DNA of 64,000 nt from Vicugna vicugna. Its lineage: Eukaryota. Every line of letters starts with the position of its first letter. Within the stretch, counting starts at the first letter, position 1. The notes beneath the pieces were generated by a model. That model was not told the DNA's origin and did no database searches. It saw only the letters and a list, made by a program, of their open reading frames with translations. The stretch is from positions 6,362,939 to 6,426,938 of the forward strand of contig MU058423.1 in the NCBI GenBank assembly GCA_013265495.1. Reading direction: 5' to 3'. Shown piece by piece: positions 26,900-40,772 of the stretch. The position numbers and the translations under genes are program-made.

Positions 26900-28430
26900 T
26901 TCCATATAAAATCTCAGTAGATAAATTTATGATGAGGAGGAGAAGATGGGCCCTGGTGAGAGATGGATTAGCAGCCTAGAAGATTCAGAGCAGCAGATAA
27001 TTTCAAAGCACAGTGCAAACATTGAAAGATCGTAAGACAAAAAGAAAGAGACTTGAGGGTAGATTCAGGAGACCTAATACACAGGAGATTCAGGAGAAAA
27101 ACAATTTTAAAAAAGACTAATAAAAGGAAAGCAATAATTAAACACATAATAGCAGTAAAACTATCAGTCAAAAAAACACTAGTTTATAGACTGAAAAGGC
27201 TCCCTGAGTTCCAGGCTAGCTAGATGCATAACAAGGCAAATCCTAATTAAAAGTCTTAGATTGAAGAGAAAGCATCTCAAGCTTCCAGACAGAAGAAAAA
27301 TAACTTACCTAGAAAGGAAATGTACAAAGATATTTGAGGGAATGGGGAAAAAAACCAAAACTGAGCAATTCACAATCATGCTCCAAACTTGAAAACAATA
27401 ATTTACAAACAAGATTCTAATCAAACATCAAATGCAAAATAGTGAAGATTTCAAGCTGAGGAAAGAAGAAAGAAGCAAAGAACCTTGTGAGATATATTCA
27501 TTTACAGTGATAGACTGGCCAGACGCGGGAACTATGAAAGCTAAAAAAGAGAACTCAAGGACGTTATTGTAAGGAAAATTCCAGTTAGTATCAGCATACC
27601 TCCATAACAACAAAATACTGAGGGTGAGTGAAGAGACGGAGAGAAATAAAATGATGACAACAGTATCTCCAGGATGGACAAACAGAGTGGTAAAATCAAA
27701 AGAGAAAAGATGAAAGTACTGAAAATAAGAACATTAGAAAGATCTGCCTTATTTGCGTTCAAGGAGATAGAAGGGGTCTTACACTGAGAAATACTTGCTA
27801 CAGAGTGCTCGATTACTAGATCAGGGAAGGGAAATCTAACGACTGATAAATGGAAATTGATAACAGAAGTTGTCAGCAAGGAAAAGAAAGTGAAATGAAG
27901 AACACCTTGGACAAGGAAGCAGATGAAATGAAAATGAGGAAACAATAAAGTAAAATAAGTAATCAATGTGAAGCAAAATAAAATAAATAAAACAATTATA
28001 TATAATGTTAGACGAAATCTTTCCATTAAAATACGGAAACGATCAGACTGAGTTAAAAGAAAGTAGCTTACAAAATGATGTTTACAAAAAAACACAACCT
28101 ACACATGGTGAAAAATAAAAGTCAAAATGAAGAGATGAACAAATAACAGGCATCTGCAAACAAAAGGTAAACCAGAGCAATGATGCTAATATTAGACAAG
28201 GTGGAGTTTAAGATTAAAAACAATAAACAGGATAAAGAAGACACTGGGTAATAAAAAGGTAGGCTTATGAATGAGATATGAGTCATAAATCTCTATGAAC
28301 AAAATAAACAGCAGATAAAAAAAACAAGAAATCATTATTAGAAATGAATGAACTTGATGAAAGTACAGTTATATTGGCAATCATCACTATAACTCTCCCC
28401 AAACTGGGTAGAGATAAGAAGACACAGATG
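26900..28430 (+). mobile_element. Ancient L1 (L1ME-like): ORF1, spacer and ORF2 endonuclease remnant
   Basis: ORF1-like 'agagacttgagggtagattcaggagacctaatac' and 'tagactgaaaaggctccctgagttcc'; endonuclease-like 'gctaatattagacaaggtggagtttaag...acaggataaagaagacac' (LILDKVEFK..RDKE). Confidence 0.7.
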
Positions 28431-29827
28431 GTAATAAGTCAATTTTAGAACTCAGCTCTTCCCTATTTTCAAGAGCAGGTGAAATAAGACACAATTAAAT
28501 TTTTTAAAAAAAAGATGTGATTTGCTTCTATTTGTAGTCTTGGATTATATTATTCCAGAAAGGCTCATCTTTAATCTACTTGGAAACATGTGATCATTCA
28601 ATTTAGAAAATATTTGTTCCAGAAACAATCTTGAGGTTGTTTCCTGCTTATCTTTCTTGCTTATATTTAAATAAGCCATGAACCAAGAAAAAGCAAACAA
28701 GCTGACAGTAAGAACTGGCCTACTGTAATTTCACATTTGCAATATTCATGTCTCTGATTTAGTATTAATGGTGAAGCGTGCTCTCAGGAAGGCACAGTAT
28801 CGTCATATTCTTTAATGAAGGAGACTAGGGGAAGAGACTTAGAAAGTTGTTTACTGCTCTTTTGACTTTGCTTTTAGTTTGTAGGGGATATATTTCCCCG
28901 TTGAGAGAAAACTTGCAAAAGCTCCAGTGTTTTGATGTATAGGATCTGAACTCCAAAGAGAACGTAATCTTTGTGGCAAGTGATCCAAAAGAAGTCCTCG
29001 TGGAATTTGAGCAGGTTCTGAAAAAGATAACCTGAGCAGCAGGCTGTTTCTCTAGAAATGAAACACTTCTAAGAACAAACAGTGAAGACTGAAGTCCTAG
29101 TTTATTCCATTCCTGCGTCTGCTATGTCCTAATAATTTCTACATCTCTAACAATCTTAGGATGATCAGAGTGATGCCCTCCCCAAATATGTAAAATCACA
29201 ATTAGACAAACGTTTAACTCCAAATCCTGCAGTCAAATTATATCCTTTACCTATCTGAATGTGTAGTGTCTCACACTTAAGGGATTTTTATTATTAGGAA
29301 AAAAATTCAGAATGTTCACTGCAGAAAAATCTATTCTTAGTATAAAGATATACAGACACTTTAAATATCTATCAATAAAATTACAGTAATCCTAAAATAG
29401 CTATTAAGTTAATATACCTGAATATAATGGTCTACTGCAAACGTTTTCTAGTAATATTTGTTAAAAAGAATTAACATTAATACACAAGGCGTTTATAACA
29501 ATAGATATTTATATATAATGTGAAGTATTTAGCATATTGAAAACCATACTAATTACTTATATGTTTAATGACTAGAAAATAAATGCCTGATTAGTTGACA
29601 GAACTTTTAGTTTTATATGGCTGTATATATTCAGTTAAAAAAACACAAAAAACCACTGACAGGGAAATTCTGATTCATTTTTCTTCTAATAAATCAATTA
29701 TCTTAATTCAATTCAAATATAAAAGATCAATTATCAATGATAATGCAATTGTCAGAATAATTCATTTTGCATTGGCCATGAATTTACATAAATCTGAAAC
29801 AATCTATACATTTACAAGGAACTCCCT

Positions 29828-30250
29828 TGTTTTAGGTTGAATTCCCTCAGAGACCTGGATTTGAGCACAGGCATTTTGTTTGGGAGAGGATCTGATCCCA
29901 GGAAGCACCAGTGGGTAAACAGAAAAGTGCACCACGGATAGAAAAAATAAATAAATAAAAGAGTATGTTAATTTTAACGAGTAAACTCAAACTGTCACTC
30001 TGTACTTGAGTCTCCAGCCCCTTGGAGATCTCAAGAGATTTTTTATAAAGAGTACCCTTGCCCATCTCCACACTCTGAAGGCGAAGAAATTCAGTGGTTA
30101 AAGGCTGCTCTTAGGAAAACTAACTCCTTAGAACTGCCCTGTAAAAGGACATCTCTACCAGAGAGTTTTCAGGCAATGGATGCCGCACCAAAGCAGGTAA
30201 CAGGAAAGCTTTGGGTTGGCATTCATGAGACAGGATGTGAGTGGTCATCC
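29828..30250 (-). mobile_element. ERVL LTR16-like fragment
   Basis: 'ggatttgagcacaggcattttgtttgggagagg...atcccaggaagcacc' resembles antisense LTR16-family ends. Confidence 0.5.
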
Positions 30251-30399
30251 CATGTTTCCATATATTTTTAGGGCATCATGAAATCTACAGTATCTGTTTT
30301 TTGCTAGAGAAAAATGTAAAAAAAAAAATGGTAAAATAAATTCCGTAAGATTACAGCAGGTGGTTGACTAAAGATAAACTCAAAACTATTATATTAAAT

Positions 30400-30660
30400 G
30401 TTAGTGTAATACAGTGAAAAGAACATGACTTTCATGTTTTAACCGATCTAGGTTTATAAGTCCAGTTTCATACACACATTCTTAAAGCTGTGTGACTTTC
30501 AGAAAGTTTCTTGACCTTTCTGAATATCAGTTTCCTCAGTGAGAGAGAAAAAACAGTGTCACATGAATTACATCACAGTGAAATGAGATTAAATTATTTA
30601 AAATCTCCAAAGAGCCTAAAGTAACACAGGGATACCTCAGGTACTCAAAAAATTAATTTC
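30400..30660 (+). mobile_element. MIR, near full length
   Basis: 'gtgtaatacagtgaaaagaacatgactt', 'agctgtgtgactttcagaaagtttcttgacctttctgaatatcagtttcctca'. Confidence 0.75.
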
Positions 30661-31519
30661 CTTCCTAGCAAGGCTTGAAATTCTTGCTGAAGTTAAATCA
30701 CTCTTTTGCTATTTATTATTGAAAATCCAGTTTTAGGTAAAGAATGATTTCCAAAGGCAAAACTACAGAATTTGCCTAGAATATTCTCCTATGAGCATTT
30801 ATTTTGTACCATATCCTGTTCTATCTGGAAAGTAATTTGTGATTATTCTTGACTATGAACCAATGTGGTAGGCACTATTATTATTATTGTTGTTGTTGTT
30901 ATTTAATTATTAATACAATTTTCTCATTATTATGGATAGAAAATTTGAGACGTTGAGTAGTCAAATAAGTGACAGACTGGAATCTTAGAAAGCTCAAATA
31001 ATACAAAAAGATAAAAATCTGAGACCATATCTATTTGATAGACTAAATAATGTGGAAGATGATAGAAACTAAGTCATGAGAAGATGGCAGGGTGAGCTTC
31101 AGCTTCAAGTAGAATTGTTTTTAAAAAGCTAAATAAGAAAAAATATAAATCAAAATTATGTGAATAAAATTCACCCTGACATTAACAACAGGAAGGAACA
31201 AGATTTTCGGTGTGAAAAGTAGAAACAGTGATAGAAAATAAAACAGAAACTTTCCACAAAGACAGTACAAGGGTACAAAAATAAAAATTATGAGAAATGA
31301 GGAAAACATTTTTAAAAAATGATAAATTCCAATTTACAATTAAACCCAGAGGCAAGAACTGAAAAATCAAAAAAGAACTTCTAATTCTCCTTTCTATATT
31401 GCATTTATCCTCACCATAACCATATGAATAATAAACATAGTCCTGCGCTTTGATGTCTAATGATATCGAATTCATGATATTACCAAGATTTCAAAAAAAA
31501 AATGCTAAACTTTACATAG

Positions 31520-31990
31520 CCACACAAAGACTTGCACATGAGTGTTGCTAATAGCATTGTTTTTAAGTCAAAAATTGGAAACAACCTAAATGTCTGTCAA
31601 CTGGCATATTGATAGCATATCAATGAAATTGCCTTACAATGGGACACTGTTCAGTAGTAAGAAAGAATAAACTATTGATGTACGCTAAGTGAAATAAATA
31701 AGCCAGATGAAATACACCACACATTTCATGGTTTCAATTTATATGAACTATCCAGAAAAGGCAGATCTATAACAGAAAACAGATTCAGACTCGTGGTTGT
31801 CTAGGGTAGGGTACAGCGAGTAGCAGGTGAAGACTAAACGTTAATGGAAATTAGGGATCTTGACAGGATGATGAAAGTATTCTAATACTGATATCTGGTG
31901 ATGTTTGTACAATTTGGTAAATTTATTTCTAAAGCCACTGACGTCTGCACATAATATGACAAACAAAATATACCTCAGTAAACTTAAAAA
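31520..31990 (+). mobile_element. L1MB/ME-like 3' end
   Basis: 'cacacaaagacttgcacatgagtgtt', 'ttggaaacaacctaaatgtc', 'tccagaaaaggcagatctata', ending 'tacctcagtaaacttaaaaaa'. Confidence 0.8.
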
Positions 31991-32829
31991 AGTGTTACAT
32001 GTCATACAAATAATAAGAAAGTTACTAAAGCCTCAAATGATAAAAATAAGTAAAAGACATAGAAGCAAAGCAACAAAGAGGAAATATAGATACATTCGAA
32101 AATACGTATGTTTCAAATATATTAATAATAAAAAATGCAGATTAAAGAAGACTGCCTCCCAATCCTTCAGAGAACTTATTAGGAAAGGGACATGTCCCTA
32201 GTCAAAGAGGAGAGGAAAGAATCGCTGATTTTCATTATTCCAGCCAAGATATACGACATCCAGATGGTTGAGAAGGAGCCAAACTCTCCTTTCGCGGCCA
32301 AAAACATGGCAGTTCTAGCTAAAGGTTGCAAAGTCTAATTGTCTCAGAATACTAGGGAGCCTGATCTTGGACTCCCCACCTCCAACAGCAGAGGCTGCGA
32401 TTTAATAACGCAAACAGTCAAGCAGGCCTGGGCAGTGTCACCTGCCCCATCAAAATGGCCAGGTGCTTGCATGACTGATCTACTGTAAGCTTTCAAGGGT
32501 TTCAACAAATAACTACAACTAAAAATTTACCACATATTCACATTTTACACATAATTTGGATGCCTAAATTCAGCCATATACTTTATAATCAGGTTACATG
32601 AGCAGCTTTATATCTAAGATGCAGAGGCATAAATCACTCTACAGGAGCATCTGATGACAAAAAAGGAGGGCGTCTCCACACAAAATGATTTGTGGCTGCA
32701 AGTGCCTTCTGTCCCAGATGGGGGTTGTCTCAGGGACCTCTCAGTCAGTAGGAAGACAGCCTGAACATGTATCACAGCATTTCTAAGCTGCTTGTGAAAC
32801 GTGCTGTCTGCGTATGGCTCAAGCAGTAA

Positions 32830-32950
32830 ACTCACTGAACTATAAGATCAGCCCTTGAGGGCAGCTTATTCAGTCTCGTTCAATTGTGTCATTCCAGCAA
32901 CTAGCACAGTGACATAGCAGGTGCTCAACAAATATTTGTAAAACAAATTA
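32830..32950 (+). mobile_element. LINE-2 3' terminus
   Basis: 'cccttgagggcagc...ctagcacagtgacatagcaggtgctcaacaaatatttgt'. Confidence 0.75.
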
Positions 32951-34099
32951 ATCTTTCACTTACTAGTAATAGTTACACAGCGCTGAATTTTACCATGAAT
33001 GTGCATCTTGGGATTGGGTGTGTCGACAGACAGCCTGAAATCCTTCTTGTGTTTCCTTTACTTACAAGGTTATCTATTCATTGTCAGCTATCCAATTACC
33101 AGTTGTAATGAAACACACTTACATAGCTTGTGTCCTGGAAAAAATATGTATGTTAAACCTGTGAACCAAATAATATTTAGCCCTCCCCAACATGTGATCA
33201 GTCTTTTAAACATGGGAAATATACAAGTGCTTGAGTAGTCTCACCAAATATTTATAAATTTGAGTGCTTTAAAATCCATCCAGATAAAGTCAGTCTTATT
33301 GATTTACAAATGTAGTATCATCTGTTTTAGCACACAGAAATTTATGATACATTGACCTTCTGTATATTGTTCTTGAGCTATCCCATGAATGACTTTTTCC
33401 TAAAGCTTTTCAAGGCACTACCGGTTTCCTTTATCATAAAAAGACGTTATCTATTTTTTAATTTATAATTTAGTATGAAAGTTAAAAAAATTTGTCATCA
33501 GAATTTAAGTTAAACTCTGCACTTTATCTAATCAAAGTTAAAATTTTTTCCTAACATACTTTTGTAAAAGTTGTGTAGATCAGAAGCAACTAATTTCATA
33601 ATCTCATCTGTGTTATAGGATATGTGATATAAAATGATTATCTTTTTGTTCCATTTATATTATTTAAAAGATTTTTTAAGCATTATTAATCCTAGAAGTA
33701 AATAAATTAATTTGAAAGTTCTGACATTTCAAGCTTTTTACATTTTAAGAATATTTTTCTTTTGATATTTTTTGGGATATTGTATCAATAGATTAGAATA
33801 GCTCATAATTTTAGCAACCATAGTAATTCTCTCAGTGATGCTTTTTGCATTTTTATACATCACTCAAAAACAATATGGTGATGTTAAGGACTACAACATG
33901 AAAACTGAAACAGGAGGCTGATTTAAACTGTGAAGTAGAATAATGAGATTAAAAGCAAGATGAGAGTGGTTTACAGAAAATAGGTACAGAGAAAATATAG
34001 ACTTTAAGGGGAAATGTCTAAAAGTGAAGCAAAGGAGAATGACGAAGGAGTGGCGTGAGGAAGCGGAGGCAGTGCAGAGGCAGGTGTTTTAGGTTAAAG

Positions 34100-34630
34100 G
34101 ACAGGGGCCTGTGTAAATGAAACCCCCAGTAGCAATGAGCACACATAGTACCACATGCTGGATTATAAATATAATTATCCACTAAATGAAATGAGGGTTC
34201 TTTGGACAAATGGCTGAATCCACGGTAGAGCAGGGAGATTTCAAGGTGAGCCTGAACAATCATTTTGCCAGAAAGCAAGAAATGGCTTAAAGAAAAATGG
34301 AGACATGCAGAAAGGACAGAGCAGCCATTTGGAGAAGTCTTTCTCTAACAGGCCCACTCTGAGATGATATCAGTATCAACATTAAAATTAAAAATGAATC
34401 ATTATGCATTGAATAAAATGAGGATGCATACATCTACAATGAAATAAATATATGAATAAACTGAGAGTTGGATGAGTAACGAGTTATTCAAAAGTATGTC
34501 TCCACAAAATACATAAAAATCACAAAAGGCAAAAGAAAACAAATGGAGAAAATCGTAAGACATGACTATCAATGAAAAGATCACAGTGAACAGCACAGCC
34601 GAAGACAATCTGAACCTGCGTATAACTGAT
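34100..34630 (+). mobile_element. L1MC-like 3'UTR, left part (host of a nested L1)
   Basis: 'cccccagtagcaatgagcacac', 'ttggacaaatggctgaatcc', 'tgccagaaagcaagaaatggc' are typical L1MC3/4 3'UTR motifs. Confidence 0.75.
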
Positions 34631-34643
34631 AAGATGCAGTGAG

Positions 34644-36393
34644 TGGAGAACTATAAAACACTGACTAAGGAAATAAAAGATGACTTAAAGAAATGGAAAT
34701 ATATCCCATGTTCTTGGATTGGAAGAATTAATATTGTTAAAATGACCATACTACCCAAAACAATCTACAGATTTACTGTGATCCCTATCAAATTACCCAT
34801 GACATTTTTCACAGAACTAGAACAAATAATTTTAAAATTTATGTGGAGTCACAGAAGACCCAGAATTACCAAAGCAATATTGAAGAAAAAGAATGAAGCT
34901 GGAGGAATAACCCTCCCAGACTTCAGACAAGTCTACAGAGCTACAGGAATCAAAACAGCATGGTATTGGCACAAAAACAGACACATGGATCAATGGAACA
35001 GAATAGAGTCCAGAAATAAACTCACACACCTATGGCCAACTAATCTTCAACAAAGGAGGCAAGAATATACAATATACAGCCTCTTCAGCAAGTGGTGTTG
35101 GGAAAGCTGGACAGCAGTATGTAAATCATTGAAGTTAGAACACTCCCTCATACCATCCACAAAAATAAATTCAAAGGCTTAAACAACTAAACATAAGTTA
35201 AGACATTTTAAACCTCATAGAAGAAAACATAGGCAAAGCATCCTGACATGAATCTTAGTGATGTTCTCCAAGGGCAGTCTATCATGGCAGCAGAAATAAA
35301 AGCAAAAACAAACAAATGGGACCTAATTAAACTTATAAGCTTTTGCAGAGCAAAGGAAACTATAAAGAAAACAAAAAGACCACCTATGGAATGGGAGAAA
35401 ATATTTGCAAAGGATGAAACTGACAAGGGCTTAACTTCTGGAATATACAAACAGCTCATACAACTTAATAACATACAAACAAACAACCCAATCAAAAAAT
35501 GGGCAGAGGACCTACACAAACATTTCTCCAATGAAGACATACAAATGGCCAATAGACACATGATAAAATGCTCAATATCAGTAATTATCAGAGAAATGCA
35601 AATCAAAACTACAGTGAGGTATCACCTCACACCAATCAGAATAGCCATCATTCAAAAGTCCACAAAAGGGAACCCTCCTACACTGTTGGTGGGAATGTAG
35701 TTTGGTGAAGCCATTATGAAAAGACAGTATGGAGATTCCTTAAAAAACTGAAAATAGACTTACCCTATGATCCAGCTATCCAACTCCTGGACATCTATCC
35801 AGAAGAAATTGTAACTTAAAAAGACACAAGCATGCCACAACACCAGTATTTACAATAGTCAAGACATGGAAACAACCTAAATGTCCATTGACAGATGACT
35901 GGATAAAGAAAAATATATATACACACACACAACAGAATATTACTCAGCCATAAAAAGAATAAACTATTACCATTTGCAGCAACATAAATGGACATGGAGA
36001 TTGTCATACTAAGCAAAATAAATCAAAAAGAGAAAGAAAAATACCATATGATATCACTTATATGTGGGATCTAAAAAAATGACACAAATGAACTAATTTA
36101 CAAAATAGAACCTGACTCATAGGCTTAGGAAACAAACTTATGGTTACCAAGGGGCAAAGGAGGTGGGAAATGATAAATTTTGAGTTTGAGATTTTCAGAC
36201 ACTAACTACTATATATAAAATAGATAAACAACAAAGTCCTACTGTATAGTTCAGAGAACTACATTTAATACCTTGTAATGGCCTATAATGAAAAAGAATA
36301 TGAAAAGGACTATATATGTATAACTGAATTACCATTCTGTACACCAGAAATTTACACAACATTGTAAACCAACTATACTTCAATTAAAAAAAA
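34644..36393 (+). mobile_element. Younger 5'-truncated LINE-1 (camelid-like), about 1.75 kb, with TSD
   Basis: ORF2 remnants 34643-35182 ([38 protein letters not shown]) and 35248-35700, then 3'UTR and A tail. 13-bp TSD aagatgcagtgag (34631-34643) / aaaatgcaatgag (36390-36402). Confidence 0.96.
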
Positions 36394-36402
36394 TGCAATG
36401 AG

Positions 36403-36840
36403 AAGAATTCATATCACTCGCCTAGAATTCTTGTCAGTGAAGTATCATCTAAATCTAATTATGAGAAAATACGAGACAAAACTCATCTGAACAGCATTCT
36501 ACAAAATAACTGATATGCATCTTCAAATTTTGAAGTCATATAAGTCAAAGTAAGACTGAAGAACCATTTCTGACTGAAGGAGACAATAAAGACCCGATAA
36601 CTAAATGGAATGATTCTCAACAGTATCCTTTGGTTATTCAGGACATTATTGGGATAATTAGCAAAATTCGAGTGGGATCTAAAGATTAGATATACTAATG
36701 TATTAGTGTTAATTTTCTGATTTTGATAATTGTATTGTAGTCCTGTAAGAAATTACCCTTAACATATTTTCAAGTGGTTTATGAAAGAAAATTATTTGTA
36801 TTACAGTTTGAAATTGTTTTTAAAATTATATTAAAAATAA
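36403..36840 (+). mobile_element. L1MC-like 3'UTR, right part
   Basis: 'atctaattatgagaaaatacgagacaaa...cattctacaaaataactg', 'ggacattattgggataattagcaaaatt', 'gtgttaattttctgattttgataattgtattgt'. Confidence 0.8.
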
Positions 36841-37449
36841 AAATGGCCATGAGGGAAATTTATGTGACCATGGAAATATTATACATCTTGACTGTGTATA
36901 CATTTGTCAGAACTCAATGAATTGTACGTTTAAAATGAGTACATTCCATAGTACACAAACTACACTTGTACAAAAAAATTGTTGGGTTAAAGAACACAGT
37001 CATGTTTGAAAATAAGGAAGAACTATCTTGGTCAAAATAAAAATGAACTCACCATGATGAGGCCTGGATTCTCTGATCTGATGTGAGACATGGCATAAAA
37101 ACTCTAAGGCCAGCTGAGGACAGAAGACAAACACCTTGCATTTGGCAGTAAATTATCATTGGCATCTACTCATGAAGTCTAAAATTGGAATTGTTTTTAA
37201 TATAAAAAAAAAGATGACTGAAGAGCTCCAATGGACTGTCCAAGTTGTGAAGACACAGGACCAAAACCTAAAGTACACCGCCCATAGCCAAGGCAAAGCT
37301 TCTAACTGAAGAACTACACATTCCACAGGACCAGGGTTTAGGTGAACACCAAACCACCATACAGGGAGGGGCTTGCTCAGCAGATTAGCTCTTACACATG
37401 AAGTGCAAAACAGGAAAGAATATCTACTTCCATGAAAGACATTCAACAG

Positions 37450-38670
37450 ATTGAACAAAATGCCAAAAAAAGAAAAAAAAGAAAAAAAGAATAATACAGT
37501 AATCTGAAAAAGACCATAAAGTAGCTCTATAATCTTTACATAGATAAATAATGAAGTATTGTTTATAAACAACTAGATTTTATTAAACGTGAAAGGGCAA
37601 GAATGAAACAAAAAACAAGGCAAATTTTATAGAAACTGGAAAGTTAAAAATACAGTAAAAATGCTAACATATTGGATAAACGATAACCAAAAGATAATTT
37701 AACAACTGGATGTAGCGAAAGAGAACTTACTGATTACAATATAATGACGGAAATCTCTAAGAATGCATCACAGAGAAGTTAAAAAATGAATGATAATAAA
37801 GAGACACTAAGAAATATGGAAGATGGAGCACGAACTCCCAACATATTCTAATAACAAAGCACAGACAAGTGATATTTGATGAGATAATGACACTGTATGT
37901 GTAGTGAGTGTGCCTTTCCCAGAATCTATGAGGGAAAAATTCCACACGCTGAAAAATTTCATGAGTTGAAAAATCCACAGAATATAGAGCAGATATTATT
38001 TTTCAGTTAGTATCTAGACACATCATAGAAAAATTGCTGAACATGGAGAATTAAAGACAGTACTCAAAATTACTGGAACATTAAGGTAGATGCCATGAGA
38101 AAAGTGCTCAGAGATTAGAAATGTAAATACAAATTGTACATACTATAAAATTATCCTTAAGAGTACACACAACATAAAGATATCTTAAGATATTTAGACT
38201 CACAAATCATCCCTTCAACAAAAAGAAAAATGAAGCCAGAAGGAAGAAGTGGAATTCAAGAGGCAACAGTGAGAAAATAATTCATTAAAACATAGTGAGG
38301 AACAAAATAACAAAGTAAAATTACACACAAAATTGAACAAAGAATAAATATAGATTTTGAAAAGATTAATAAAATTGGCAAACTACTTACAGACTAAAAT
38401 TAAGATGACAGACTGTTTAATGAAATAACATTAATAATAAAAAAATATTTTATCTACATAGTTAACATTTAAAATATAACCTTTGTATAAATTTAAGCAT
38501 CTTAAGATACATAGATTAAAGAGAGGCTTTTCTTTAAAAAATAAACAATATCATAATATCAACAAGAAGAAATAGTAAATCTGGATAGATTAAAAGCCAT
38601 TCAAGAAACTGAAGCAGTATTAAAATACATCCCAACAAATACACACCAAACAGGACAATTTTATTTAATT
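37450..38670 (+). mobile_element. Ancient L1/HAL1 ORF1 and ORF2 fragments
   Basis: A-rich ORF1-like text ('tccaacatattctaataac', 'atctagacacatcatagaaaaattgctgaac') and ORF2-like 'ttttgaaaagattaataaaattggcaaact', 'caagaagaaatagtaaatctggatag'. Confidence 0.65.
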
Positions 38671-39699
38671 TCTCACCAATTACCAGTTATATTGTGTCTT
38701 CTTTTCCTCCTGGTGAATGTGAGAAAACAGATCAGGAAAACACATCCTTAACTTATAAAATGAGAAAGGTCAACCTCTATCTTGTTTACCTTTTGCATCT
38801 TTAAATATATTTCAATTATTAGAAATCAAAAATATCACTAAACTGAAGCAGAAGTAAAAATAGGTTTTGAAATGGCACTTATAATTAGATTCAAAAGGGA
38901 AAATTATTAGTCTACCTGAAGTTCAAAAGTAAGCCCTATTCTAGTGTGCCAGAAATAATTTGTATGTTGTATCATTCATGAATAAATAATTATTCTCCTT
39001 GGGAAATCATTCAGCTCTCCAATTAATATCTAGTGTTTCCTTCAATATTTTCTTAGAAAAAAAGAAAATTGAGTACCATTAATTAGTAACCATTTATTTG
39101 CACTTCAAAACCAAAATATAACTCACAAGCAAAAATGTGTGCTTTTAAATGTATATGATTATGTTTTTAAAACTTTAAATATTCGGAAGTATGCTTTCTA
39201 TACAAAAGCACAAACCTCTAGGATTAAGTGTTTAGTACATTTAATCTGACCTGTAATTTTAAAATGCTTTTGATGTTCTGGGATTTCAATTATTAAATGC
39301 ATTTCATAAAATGGTATTCCAAACATCCGGAAAAATGTTAGCAGATCAGATGTGATTATTTATTTGTTTTTATGTTTCTCATATTCATACTTAAACACAT
39401 TTCCGACAGCGCAACAATTGCTAGTTTATTTCTGAAGGTGGATTTAAATATAAATCTCTTTTTCTGTTAGAGAGGGCATCTTGTCCAGCTGGTCATCTGA
39501 GCAAGTTGTATGCTTATCTCGGGCTTGTCTCTAATCTAGTGCCTTGTGGAACTGAGGACCCATTTCATCTTCTAACTAGAATGTCTTTCCTCTCAGATAC
39601 AAAGCCTCTTCAGGTCACAATTCCAACCGCCTTCCGCAGACTGCAGTTCCAGTGTTACCTCAGTGTCCCAAGTCTTTGAGGGACTGTTCGGGTCTCTCC

Positions 39700-40460
39700 C
39701 CTGGCCAGTGGGGGGCCTGTTAGTCCTGGCTGCCAGGCTTTGCTATTCTGATGAGGAGAAGGCCCCTGCACGTGTGGCCCAGGAGTGAGCCCAGGACTTG
39801 ATACACAGCTTCATGGGGTCTGCTCTCCCAGAGCAGCCCCCTCTCCACAGTCTCTCCAGTACCTTCTGGTTTTCTAGGGCTCCCTTTTTCATTATTCCAG
39901 CCGGAAAGATGCAGCGTTAGTGGCCCACTCTGGCGCCCACCAGTAATCCAGGACGCCTTTCCACTACCGACTGCATCTGCACTTGGGCTCGAGCGGCAGG
40001 AGAGCAGGGGAGAAAGCCGCCAGTGGGGCTTCACCCCTCTCTTAAGGCACCAGTTCCCTCCTTGGAATTTTAGCTCCTGGGGAATCCTGCCAACCGAGCT
40101 GCCACTGCCCCCGCAGGATGGCCTGGGGTGAGAGAATGGAGGAAAGGAAAGAATAGAGGGGTTTCTGTGTTCTTCCAGCCAGAGCTAGAGGGCTTCTTGG
40201 CTCTGTGCCTGTCTGTGTCCCAGTGGCTGTGTCTGTGCGTCAGACGACATTGAGTTTAGGCTAGAGGAAACAAAGTAACACAAAAACAAAGGTGTACTTA
40301 CCCCAGGTTCTGAATGCTGGTTTTCTGTCCCCAGCCTCCTTGCTATTTTTCCTTTTCAGACCCTCAGATAGCTGTTCTGTGCCTTCTGTCCAGGTTTTCT
40401 ACCTGCAATCAGTCGTACAGACAGGTGAAGTGGACTTTCTCCTTCTTACCCAAAAAGAAA
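39700..40460 (-). mobile_element. Old L1 (L1MC/MD-type) 5'UTR
   Basis: 'agccagagctagagggcttct', 'ccctcagatagctgttctgtgccttctgtccaggtttt', ending 'gacaggtgaagtggactttctccttcttaccc', the antisense of old L1M 5' ends. Confidence 0.7.
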
Positions 40461-40772
40461 ATCCCTGGAGGAAACTTACAAAAGTCAGCGGGGCACAGAG
40501 CAGCGCCCCCCACCCTAGCCGGTCTCAGGGGCTCAACTTCCTCCCAAGTTCCCAGTCCAGAGCCCCCTCACCTCTGCACCTCTTCTGGTCTCAGCTGTTT
40601 GCCTGGGGGCCTGATACGAGGGAGCCCAGCACGCTGTCACCATGCTCTTTTCTGACTGGGGTTGCTACACTTGTCCATTTGCCATCAAAATTGGGCCAGG
40701 GGAAGCCCAGAAGAGCTCAGATGGATCACAAGAGCGCTGAACAATTTTCTCCCTTATCCCAGAGTGTAACAA

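Noticed and set aside
27541..28095. 184-aa hydrophobic ORF as a membrane protein
   Set aside because: Antisense reading of A-rich L1 sequence yields Phe/Leu/Ile-rich spurious frames.
32243..32338. Possible plus-strand coding exon (KIYDIQMVEKEPNSPF...)
   Set aside because: An acceptor-like site is present, but the donor is weak, the peptide is unrecognised and there are no partner exons.
34643..35700. 179-aa and 150-aa ORFs as functional genes
   Set aside because: Frameshifted, deleted fragments of L1 ORF2 in a 5'-truncated copy.
40498..40520. CTCF site (gcagcgccccc)
   Set aside because: Only the GGGGGCGCTG half matches; the CCAC/CAG part of the core is absent.
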